DNA of 64,000 bases, taken from NCBI RefSeq assembly GCF_964355755.1, contig NC_092678.1, forward strand, positions 78,422 through 142,421, written 5' to 3'. Below, piece by piece: positions 1 through 11,240 of this stretch. This stretch comes from Antedon mediterranea. Taxonomy: Eukaryota > Animalia > Echinodermata. Below the pieces are notes generated by a model. The model worked only from the letters and a program-made list of their open reading frames with translations. It was not told where the DNA came from and made no database searches. Both the position numbers and the translations under genes were made by a program. Positions within the stretch are counted from its first letter, which is position 1, and each line of letters begins with the position of its first letter.

Positions 1-61
1 GCAATATTTTAAAAGTAACAGTACAATTAACAACCTGTATATTATGCTTGTATAACCAGTT

Positions 62-1537
62 GTATGTAAATTACCTCCTGTATATGCTAGTATAACCAGT
101 TTAAACCTCAAGCAGTATAACAGTACAATTGTGTGTACATTACCTCCTGTATATGCTAGTATAACCAGTTTAAACCTCAAGCAGTATAACAGTACAATTG
201 TGTGTACATTACCTCCTGTATATGCTAGTACAACCAGTTTAAACCTCAAGCAGTATAACAGTCCAATTGTGTGTACATTACCTCCTGTATATGCTAGTAT
301 AACCAGTTTAAACCTCAAGCAGTATAACAGTACAATTGTGTGTACACTACCTCCTGTATATGCTAGTATAACCAGTTTAAACCTCAAGCAGTATAACAGT
401 ACAATTGTGTGTACATTACCTCCTGTATATGCTAGTATAACCAGTTTAAACCTCAAGCAGTATAACAGTCCAATTGTGTGTACATTACCTCCTGTATATG
501 CTAGTATAACCAGTTTAAACCTCAAGCAGTATAACAGTCCAATTGTGTGTACATTACCTCCTGTATATGCTAGTATAACCAGTTTAAACCTCAAGCAGTA
601 TAACAGTACAATTGTGTGTACATTACCTCCTGTATATGCTAGTATAACCAGTTTAAACCTCAAGCAGTATAACAGTACAATTGTGTGTACATTACCTCCT
701 GTATATGCTAGTATAACCAGTTTAAACCTCAAGCAGTATAACAGTACAATTGTGTGTACATTACCTCCTGTATATGCTAGTATAACCAGTTTAAACCTCA
801 AGCAGTATAACAGTACAATTGTGTGTACATTACCTCCTGTATATGCTAGTATAACCAGTTTAAACCTCAAGCAGTATAACAGTACAATTGTGTGTACATT
901 ACCTCCTGTATATGCTAGTATAACCAGTTTAAACCTCAAGCAGTATAACAGTACAATTGTGTGTACATTACCTCCTGTATATGCTAGTATAACCAGTTTA
1001 AACCTCAAGCAGTATAACAGTACAATTGTGTGTACATTACCTCCTGTATATGCTAGTATAACCAGTTTAAACCTCAAGCAGTATAACAGTACAATTGTGT
1101 GTACATTACCTCCTGTATATGCTAGTATAACCAGTTTAAACCTCAAGCAGTATAACAGTACAATTGTGTGTACATTACCTCCTGTATATGCTAGTATAAC
1201 CAGTTTAAACCTCAAGCAGTATAACAGTACAATTGTGTGTACATTACCTCCTGTATATGCTAGTATAACCAGTTTAAACCTCAAGCAGTATAACAGTACA
1301 ATTGTATGTACATTACCTCCTGTATATGCTAGTATAACCAGTTTAAACCTCAAGCAGTATAACAGTACAATTGTGTGTACATTACCTCCTGTATATGCTA
1401 GTATAACCAGTTTAAACCTCAAGCAGTATAACAGTACAATTGTGTGTACATTACCTCCTGTATATGCTAGTATAACCAGTTTAAACCTCAAGCAGTATAA
1501 CAGTACAATTGTGTGTACATTACCTCCTGTATATGCT
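62..1537. repeat. 69-bp minisatellite, about 21 copies, containing the EEA1 exon end and donor
   Basis: Minus strand of the unit reads ...tactag CATATACAGGAG|GTAATG. The last copy is the true exon end at 1524. Confidence 0.95.
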
Positions 1538-4500
1538 TGTGCAATTCCTCTTCTTTAGTTCTCTGTTCTTCAGCCAATGTGTCTTTAGATTCATTTAACA
1601 TTGTAACTTGGTCACGCAAACTACTCTGTAATTAAAATGAAATCAGTTTTACGTTTTTGAATCACGTTTTTATAATCTGGGCTGCCTGTAAAAGTGAATT
1701 AATCTTACATTGTCTGTAATTAAAATGAAATCAGTTTTACGTTTTTGAATCACGTTTTTATAATTTGGACTGCCAGTAAAAGTGAATTAATCTTACATTG
1801 TCTTCCTTTAGTTGATTTATTGCTGTGCTAGCTCCCTCGCCTTGTTCAATCTGAAATCAACCATTTGTTTAAATTACTTTCCAATACAAAATGATATGGC
1901 CTTTTCTTTTTATAAATTAATGTACAAATCCAACCAACCAACCAACCAACATTCAATAAAAAAACCACAATTTCTACCTGAAGTAGTAATTCTCTTCTTT
2001 CTTTCTCCATTTTCTCAGTATTCTGTTTCTGAACTTGTAAAGTTCCCTCTACTTCTAATAACTGCATTGTTCTAAACAATAACACATCAAAATTTTATAT
2101 TTCATCAGGATCAAGAAATATAGTTTGAAACAGTGTACACATTTACTGAGTTTTAATTATTGAATGTTAACAATTTTAAAAGATTTTCAATCTAGCTAAA
2201 AAAATAGTTTTAAAAACTTACTTGGCATGAATGAGACGTAAATGTTCTTCAATATTAATTTGTTTTTCTCTTAACTCTGTCTTGAGTTCATTATTATTGT
2301 TGGATTCCATCTGATATTGCTGCTGAGTTTCTACCAATTGTTGTGAAAGGTCGTCGTTACTTGATTCTTTCTCTTTTATCTGATTCTGTGCCTAAATGTA
2401 ATTCACTACTGAGTCAATGCAGCTCAAATTCTTAACATAACATAAATGATTTACAGTACTGTAGATACATAGAGGGCAGTCTTCATTCATAAATGATTTA
2501 CAGTACTATACACAAGTGCACAACAGTATCATTGTAAAGACAATAAATTATACAATTAAAACATAGAGGGCAGTCTTCATTCAGTGATCCTAAAGAATGT
2601 TTTCCTTTAAACACCATTTTCTACTTGTTTTTATAATTATTCTGAAACCCTTTTCTACTTGTTTTAATTCAGTTTATTCTGAAACCCTTTTCTACTTGTT
2701 TTAATTCAGTTTATTCTGAAACCCTTTTCTACTTGTTTTAATTCAGTTTATTCTGAAACCCTTTTCTACTTGTTTTAATTCAGTTTATTCTGAAACCCTT
2801 TTCTACTTGTTTTTATTATTCTGAAACCCTTTTCTACTTGTTTTAATTCAGTTTATTCTGAAACCCTTTTCTACTTGTTTTAATTCAGTTTATTCTGAAA
2901 CCCTTTTCTACTTGTTTTTATTATTCTGAAACCCTTTTCTACCTGTTTTAATTATTCTGAAACCCTTTTCTACTTGTTTTAATTCAGTTTATTCTGAAAC
3001 CCTTTTCTACTTGTTTTAATTCAGTTTATTCTGAAACCCTTTTCTACTTGTTTTAATTCAGTTTATTCTGAAACCCTTTTCTACTTGTTTTTATTATTCT
3101 GAAACCCTTTTCTACTTGTTTTAATTCAGTTTATTCTGAAACCCTTTTCTACTTGTTTTTATTATTCTGAAACCCTTTTCTACCTGTTTTTATTATTCTG
3201 AAACCCTTTTCTACTTGTTTTAATTCAGTTTATTCTGAAACCCTTTTCTACCTGTTTTTATTATTCTGAAACCATTTTCTACTTGTTTTAATTCAGTTTA
3301 TTCTGAAACCATTTTCTACTTGTTTTTATCATTTTATGGTGAATACAGTTAGTAACAAGATACATACTTTGGTTACTTGCAATTGTAAATTCCTAATTTC
3401 TTGGTCCTTTTCTAAAACACTCTCATTGGCTTGTTGGTCACGCTCTGCTAACTTCTGCTCCAATTTTTCAACTGTGACTTCCTTTTCTTTTATTACTGTC
3501 TGCATCTGTAAATATCAAGTTGTTTAAAAAATATAAATTGACATAACTTAATTATGGTAATCCACTTATATATGAACAAACACTACATTAGTTAATACAT
3601 TATGAAACCAATAATTATAATAATTACTTGTTGGATGTCATCTTCAAGTTCTTTGACATTAATCATAACATCTTGTAATTGTTGTTGTTGTTGCTGTTTA
3701 GTAAACACAGTATCTTTCTGCTGTCGTTCTAATGCCGCTTCTTTCTCCTTCACAACTATCTCCATCTTTGATACTTGTTCTTGTAATTCAATATTTCTCT
3801 GGTTGTTAACTTGCATTTGTTTTTGAATTTGTTGACTTCCACTACTTGTTACACTCAAACTATTTTTTAACCTATTAAAATAAGAAATGAATTGTTTTGA
3901 ATATGTTAGTTGACTTCCAGTACTTGTTACACTCAAACTATTTTTCAACCTATTAAAATAAGAAATGAATTGTTTTAAATATGTTAGTTGATTTCCAATA
4001 CTTGTTACACTCAAACTATTTTCAACCTATTCAAATAAGTAATACATTCTTTTAAATATGTTAGTTGACTTCCAGTACTTGTTACACTCAAACTATTTTT
4101 CAACCTATTAAAATAAGAAATGAATTGTTTTAAATATGTTAGTTGATTTCCAATACTTGTTACACTCAAACTATTTTCAACCTATTCAAATAAGTAATAC
4201 ATTCTTTTAAATATGTTAGTTGACTTCCAGTACTTGTTACACGCAAACTATTTATTAACCTATTTAAATAAGTAATACATTCTTTTAAATATGTTAGTTG
4301 ACTTCCAATACTTGTTACACGCAAACTATTTATTAACCTATTCAAATAAGTAATACATTCTTTCAAATATGTTAGTTGACTTCCAGTACTTGTTACACGC
4401 AAACTATTTATTAACCTATTCAAATAAGTAATACATTCTTTTAAATATGTTAGTTGACTTCCAGTACTTGTTACACGCAAACTATTTATTAACCTATTCA

Positions 4501-7500
4501 AATAAGTAATACATTCTTTTAAATATGTTAGTTGACTTCCAGTACTTGTTACACTCAAACTATTTATCAACCTATTCAAATAAGTAATACATTCTTTTAA
4601 ATATGTTAGTTGACTTCCAATACTTGTTAAACGCAAACTATTTATTAACCTATTCAAATAAGTAATACATTCTTTTAAATATGTTAGTTGACTTCCAATA
4701 CTTGTTAAACGCAAACTATTTATTAACCTATTCAAATAAGTAATACATTCTTTCAAATATGTTAGTTGACTTCCAATACTTGTTACACGCAAACTATTTA
4801 TTAACCTATTCAAATAAGTAATACATTCTTTCAAATATGTTAGTTGACTTCCAATACTTGTTACACGCAAACTATTTATTAACCTATTCAAATAAGTAAT
4901 ACATTCTTTTAAATATGTTAGTTGACTTCCAGTACTTGTTACACTCAAACTATTTATTAACCTATTCAAATAAGTAATACATTCTTTCAAATATGTTTAT
5001 TAAATCAGAGGATTATATAAACCAATAGTTTGTTAAAATAACTTACAGTTCTAGTTCTTCAGCCTTCGGAGCATTCATCAATAAAGATTTTGTTTTGTTA
5101 AGTTCTTCATTAAGTCTGAAATAATTAGATTTAGAAACAATAACAAACTTGTTTAAATATAATTATATATGAAGTTAATACATATTAAATGATACATACA
5201 TTGCATGCTCTGCTTGGAGTTAATACATATTAAATGATACATACATTGCATGCTCTGCTTGGAGTTAATACATATTAAATGATACATACATTGCATGCTC
5301 TGCTTGGAGTTAATACATATTAAATGATACATACATTGCATGCTCTGCTTGGAGTTAATACATATTAAATGATACATACATTGCATGCTCTGCTTGGAGT
5401 TAATACATATTAAATGATACATACATTGCATGCTCTGCTTGGAGTTAATACATATTAAATGATACATACATTGCATGCTCTGCTTGGAGTTAATACATAT
5501 TAAATGATACATACATTGCATGCTCTGCTTGGAGTTAATACATATTAAATGATACATACATTGCATGCTCTGCTTGGAGTTAATACATATTTAGACATAT
5601 TAAATGATACATACATTGCATGCTCTGCTTGAAGTTGATCTAACTCTTTACGAAGCGCAGTTTTCTCAGATTCACTTTCTTGTGTTAAATTGTCCATCAG
5701 CATCTGAACAGACACTAATTCTTTTTTCAAGACGACTACATCATCAGCACCAGGTCTACAGTATAATATAAAATAATTATTATCAAAGCTGTATATTACA
5801 TCATCATCTCTAGTAATAATCATCAGGTTTAAATTAAGAATACAGAACAAGATATACCTTTGAAGTAGTTGTGACTCTACTGCGCGTAGCTGAGCACGGG
5901 TGTCGGTAACTTCAATCTGTTATCATAAAGCAGTAATTATTAATGTGTTTTTTTGTTTAACTCAAATTCTTATACTAAACCAACGTTTAGTACTTTCATG
6001 TGACATGAAGGGAGTGGCCGAGCAGTTAAGACAGTGGAACCGTAATTACGTAGCCATAACATCGGCAGGGGTTCGAGGCTCACTCACTCCATGGTTCTGG
6101 TGGTAGAACGAGTCTTCTCGGATAAGGACTATAAACCGTAGGTCCAGTGTACACATCTAGCTCGTGTGCACTTTAAAGAACCTAGTACATCTTTCGAGAC
6201 GAGTAGGGGGTTACCCCGGTGTATTAGTACATTACAGCCACTGATCACCAACTGGGCCCTCTGGGAGACCAGTCTTTGACTGAAGAGGTTACCCAGTATA
6301 AATATATATTCAATCAATATGTAACGTATGATGTATAAAAATGACAAGCTTCTTATTTGAGGTAATCACCAGCCTATGATAAAGATAATAAACAACTTAC
6401 CTGTGATTCTCTAAGCCTTTCCTCGAGACCAATTCTACGACCTCTCTCTTCGTCTACTTGCGCTTTCAGGCTAGCTGTTTCTCCAGCCTATCATAAGGAT
6501 AATCATAAAATCAGATTATCAATGCAAATATAAGTACAACTGCTTTAGTTAAGTAATGGTGTAATTAAGTTTAACTAACCAAGACGGCTGTTTTTTGTTC
6601 AATATTGTCTTTCTGTTGTTTTAATGAACTAGCATTCTCCAATGGTGTAATTAAGTTTAACTAACCAAGACGGCTGTTTTTTGTTCAATATTGTCTTTCT
6701 GTTGTTTTAATGAACTAGCATTCTCCAATGGTGTAATTAAGTTTAACTAACCAAGACGGCTGTTTTTTGTTCAATATTGTCTTTCTGTTGTTTTAATGAA
6801 CTAACATTCTCCATAGACTCTAACAATTGTTTCCTCAATAAAACTACCTCTGATGACACTACAAAATAAATATATCTATATAATAGTATAATGGATTTAT
6901 TTAATATAACACAATTTCATAAAAGAAAGTACGATATGTTATTTAAAATGAGGAATTGTATAGTATTTAAAGTAAACATTGAAAGAATATAAAATACTTA
7001 CATAATTCTGAATTAACACCATTTTGAGATTCACTGCCCTCACTCTGTAAATAGAAAACAAAAACACTTCATTATTGTTATTCATTTTTCATTTTTCATG
7101 TTATCATACTTTCTCATAATTCCCTGAATAAAACTTACCACCCTTTGCTGAGTTAGTTTATCTACTTCTTTCTTAAGTTCATCAGTATACCATTTTTCTT
7201 CCTAATAATAATGATATGATTTGAAATGATAACAATGCTGTTGATCCTAAGTAGTTATATTAAAATGGTATGACCATAATATAAATGAGGATAATGGATG
7301 CTGTACACCAACAACAATACCTTTAATGTAACTTTAAGATCATCTACTTCCTGTCGTAGAGCTAGAACATCACCACCACTGAAAAAAGTTGAAATATAAT
7401 TGACTCCTCTTTGGTTGTTTTTAGGCATTGTGTTATAGTAGGCTAACAATTGATAACCAACCACAGTGACATGTTTTACAGCAATGTTGAATATAATATG

Positions 7501-10500
7501 TTTATTTATTTACCTCCGCCAAGGAGGTATATGTAATCGGTAGCGTGTGTTTGTTTGTTTGTTTGTTAGCAGGATTACTCAAAAAGTAATTACAAGATCT
7601 TTACCAAAATGAATAGACATATAGATATGTGGTCAATGACCATTCCATTAAATTTTGGGACCATTTGGGACCACAGTCCCAATTCTGGACCACTTTTTAG
7701 TATACTTTTTTAGGCCTGCTAGTGTTAAAAGATAGGACAGAATTTTTCAAAAGCCGGCGAGCAGTCTTAAAGTAACAAGTAAACTGAAATTGCATTTTCT
7801 CGAGAACTACTTGTCCAAAAATGAACAAGAGGCAAGAGTTATAATTTGTGATTTGTAATTTTAAAACATAATCTGATTTAATGTGCACGTTTTTTTATGC
7901 GAGTAGTTTAAAAAACCTATTTCTTTTCAAATTCACTCGTTTAATTTTCGCGTTGCTGTTCTATTGTTAGTCGACTGAAGCTATTGTTAATTGAAAGGCT
8001 GGTTACATAACCATTACACCAAACTCGCATACACATGCTTGTAATGAAATTAGCCTAAATCACAAACAGCATTAAGACACGCACAAATATATATTTTTTT
8101 TTTTTTTTACCGGAGAAATCTTATGTAGGAGAATTTTACAGTAGGCGGAGGTATGCCCTCTCGGAGTGGCTTTCTAGTTTACAATGTATTTTTAAATTAA
8201 GATTTAGAAAAATATCTAAATTTGTCTTACCGATTCTGCTGGACGCACAAGCAGGAAGAAAAAAAAAATTTGTATTAGATTAATAAGACAGATTGTACTA
8301 ATACACTAATATCATTATCCTTCTTAATTGTAAAAAAATAATAATTGTTATAAATATATCTATAAATAAACTGTTGTCCAAATTCCTTATACTCTTTGAT
8401 AAGTAAATCATCACATACCTCTGCTACATTGTAAATCATCACATACCTCTGCTACATTGTAAATCATCACATACCTCTGCTACATTGTAAATCATCACAT
8501 ACCTCTGCTACATTGTAAATCATCACATACCTCTGCTACATTGTAAATCATCACATACCTCTGCTACATTGTAAATCATCACATACCTCTGCTACATTGT
8601 AAATCATCACATACCTCTGCTACATTGTAAATCATCACATACCTCTGCTACATTGTAAATCATCACATACCTCTGCTACATTGTAAATCATCACATACCT
8701 CTGCTACATTGTAAATCATCACATACCTCTGCTACATTGTCAATCATCACATACCTCTGCTACATTGTAAATCATCACATACCTCTGCTACATTGTAAAT
8801 CATCACATACCTCTGCTACATTGTAAATCATCACATACCTCTGCTACATTGTAAATCATCACATACCTCTGCTACATTGTAAATCATCACATACCTCTGC
8901 TACATTGTAAATCATCACATACCTCTGCTACATTGTAAATCATCACATACCTCTGCTACATTGTAAATCATCACATACCTCTGCTACATTTCTAGCATGA
9001 TCTGTTGCAGGAGGTACAACACCATGGACCATCTCCCAGTGAGACTGTAAATCCTCTGCAGATGTTAATGCAGTCATACATTGAGGACATATAAACCCCT
9101 ATAAGAAAACAATGCTTGATAAACACACAGATTTAGAGATTTACAGCTATAAAAAAAAACATGCTAAAATTAAAAATGAATAACCATGCTCAATAAATAG
9201 TAAATAAAAGAAGTCCATTGCCAACAATAACTACTTTTAAAGTTTCTCAATATGCTTTCAGTTCAGTAGTAAATTGTTCAAATGATGCATACACCTTTAA
9301 TCTATTTAAATTCATGCAAGTAAACCCAGTTTATCTATAACTAAAAGATATGTGTTGAAATTATGCAATACTCAAAACAATAATGTTGTCTGAAGTAAAA
9401 GAGAAAAAAATACAAAAAAAAACAAAGTAAAAAAAGTAAATTAAAACACACCTCAGTTGCCTGGAATTATAGGGGAAAAATATGTAGAATTAAAATGAAT
9501 TAATTAATCTAATCCAACTAAATCTTAGTTTAATCTAATGAAATCCCAATTTGGCAATGATTGTGAAGTTTAATCAAATGGTCAATAAATGATATTATAC
9601 AAATCAATAAAACAGTTAGTTTCCTAAAAACATATTTTAAACAAATACTAGTACATTTACAACTCAATCTATTTTCAATAAAATTTGTTTGTATATTTAA
9701 AAGCAGTGATTAGTAAAGTAGAACCATTACAATTAGTAAAACAAAAAGCTCAGTATGTAGTAGCTCCTTCTATACCTTAGTTGAATCTTGGTTTGTTGTA
9801 GAATCATGATCTCTCTGCCAGTGTGTCTCCAACTCTTCTGCTGACTTCATCGATATCATACATTGTGGACAGATAAAACCCTGTGTGATGATGCCAAATA
9901 AGACATGTACATGATGTAGATGTATATGATGACCACACATTTTGAACATGATAATCAAATTTAGAATATACCACATTCATACTCATTCATTATATTACAC
10001 TGTACTACTAAACATTAAATTGATTGTAATAAATGAATGGACAATGACATACCTTTTATCCTTCTTTCATTGTTGGCATACTGTATTTTTGTATATATAT
10101 ATATATATATTTATTTTTTATATCTTTGTTAATTTTGTGTTTTTATAGTTTTTTTTTGTATTTTCTGTTTGTTTTGTTTGAGGGTCCCTAATGATCAGCT
10201 GATGCTGGATGGACCACCCTCATAAAATATTGTTGAAATAAAAATAAATAAAAAATGAATTACTTAATTACTCTTAGGACCACAATGGAAATAAGTTTGC
10301 CGTCTCGGTACTTATTGTGTTTTTATCCTATGATTTTATGTCAGAATAAAGAAATGAAAAAAATTAATAATAAAATAATATTAATAATTTACTTACAGAG
10401 ACATCATGTACCGATGTTGATTGGTTAGATGGGGATTCTTGTCTGGACTGTAAAGCGAGCATAGCAAAACTTTAGCAGTGTTTTAGTATAGATAATCTTA

Positions 10501-10873
10501 GGCCTAGCTAGTAGGCCTCACAAGGCCTAGCTAGTTACTAGTAGGCCTCACAAGGCCTAGCTAGTAGGCCTCACACTCACAGATACAGCCAGGATATCCC
10601 TGGCAGACCACCAGCAGGGAGGGCCTCCCTCCCTACTCTCTCTAGGCTAGCCTAGTTAGTAGTACTAGGCCTAGTACCTAGTAGGCTAGTTACTAGTAGG
10701 CCTAGGCCTAGAGGCCCTAGGCCTACTAGAGGCTAGCTAGCTAGGCCCTACTAGGCCTAGCCTAGCTTAGTAATACCTTCTTTATATATTAACAAACGAT
10801 TTCAAATTAATACAAAACTTACGCTGTCTACGGTATCTTTCGTCTTTTTTCGTAGTCTACGAAAAGCTTCCAT
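1524..10873 (-). CDS. EEA1: Early endosome antigen 1 (5' part; continues past the left edge). Coding exons: 10873-10823, 10447-10397, 9880-9776, 9098-8979, micro-exon 8235/8238-8231, 7378-7321, 7201-7139, 7044-7002, 6858-6752, 6487-6401, 5916-5858, 5755-5615, 5115-5047, 3871-3628, 3505-3368, 2391-2222, 2071-1978, 1850-1797, 1625-1524
   Basis: GT-AG exons join in frame: MEAFRRLRKK..., C2H2 finger GFICPQCM..SAEEL..HW...H, EEKWYTDELKKE, RPGADDVVVLKKELVSVQMLMDNL, IEQGEGASTAINQL, then coiled coil. These match recalled EEA1 motifs. Confidence 0.88.
2637..3327. repeat. Mixed 29-38-bp intronic minisatellite
   Basis: Repeated ttattctgaaacccttttctacttgtttt(aattcagt); not anchored on an exon. Confidence 0.9.
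3831..4998. repeat. 78-bp minisatellite, about 15 copies, containing an EEA1 acceptor plus about 40 nt of exon
   Basis: Minus unit ...ttatttgaatag|GTTAATAAATAGTTTGAGTGTAACAAGT; true acceptor at 3872/3871. Confidence 0.95.
5174..5632. repeat. 45-bp minisatellite, about 10 copies, containing an EEA1 donor
   Basis: Minus unit AAGCAGAGCATGCAAT|GTATGTATC; true exon end 5615. Confidence 0.95.
6009..6310 (+). mobile_element. tRNA-derived SINE with a Deu-type core domain
   Basis: A-box tggccgagcagttaag, B-box ggttcgagg, core ggataaggactataaaccg...cactttaaagaacc...gagtaggggttaccccggtgt; second copy at 27325. Confidence 0.8.
6556..6812. repeat. 86-bp triplication of an EEA1 exon 3' half plus donor
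   Basis: ...CAGCCGTCTTG|GTTAGTT three times; true exon end 6752. Confidence 0.92.
7509..8180 (+). mobile_element. Non-autonomous Helentron/HINE-like element
   Basis: Starts ttacctccgccaaggagg, then a (tgtt)n microsatellite; subterminal inverted ggcggaggta, 3' hairpin and ctagttt end; T-rich insertion site. Confidence 0.7.
8403..8990. repeat. 28-bp minisatellite, about 21 copies, containing an EEA1 donor
   Basis: Minus unit AATGTAGCAGAG|GTATGTGATGATTTAC; true exon end 8979. Confidence 0.95.
10140..10360 (+). mobile_element. Two short 3'-end remnants of LINE/SINE-type retroposons
   Basis: Hairpin-like segments each followed by aataaa and a short A-rich repeat tail (about 10236-10255 and 10345-10360). 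Confidence 0.4.
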
Positions 10874-11240
10874 TATTTTAATTTAACATTGAAATAAATG
10901 TATTATTTTTCGGAAGTATATTGTCTACGTCGTACGTACGGCGGGTCATAGATAGGTGAGTCGATCTCGCACTTTTCATATATAGCGCCCTCATAAAAAT
11001 AAATTAATTGATTAAAAAAAGTCAATGACCGCCCTCTATAATGTGTTGGCTTGCCGACAGTAAATTACGTCATCGGGATGTAAACAACGTGAAGGTTCCA
11101 AATTCAGTTTTTATTTTGCTGTAAACTTGATGGAATTATTCGGATTTATTTTTAAATTTAAGATCTGGATGTTTATTGAAATACTTAGTTATTCATAAGC
11201 ATATTTCATCTAGTTATTTATATCGCAAAAATCGATAATA
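10874..11240. promoter_or_regulatory. Bidirectional promoter region EEA1 / C2 gene
   Basis: Divergent ATGs about 370 bp apart; locally CpG-rich; ttacgtcat (CRE/ATF-like) near 11065. Confidence 0.7.

Noticed and set aside
131-1558. 475-aa repetitive ORF
   Set aside because: Antisense reading of a 69-bp (multiple of 3) intronic array; no real ATG start.
2637-3327. Splice-junction origin for this array (also 58510-58817, 13474-13624, 63094-63170)
   Set aside because: Units contain no exon or junction sequence; these are counter-examples to the main pattern.
4166-5566. Repetitive ORFs of 274 and 137 aa
   Set aside because: Products of 78- and 45-bp arrays; not independent genes.
6009-6090. tRNA gene
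   Set aside because: A and B boxes present but no full cloverleaf; it continues into a SINE body and has a dispersed second copy.
8403-8990. CRISPR-like 28-bp repeats
   Set aside because: Head-to-tail with no spacers, eukaryotic context, no cas genes. The same applies to all arrays here.
10053-10080. Possible 28-nt EEA1 exon with a good donor
   Set aside because: No pyrimidine tract, and it would shift the frame.
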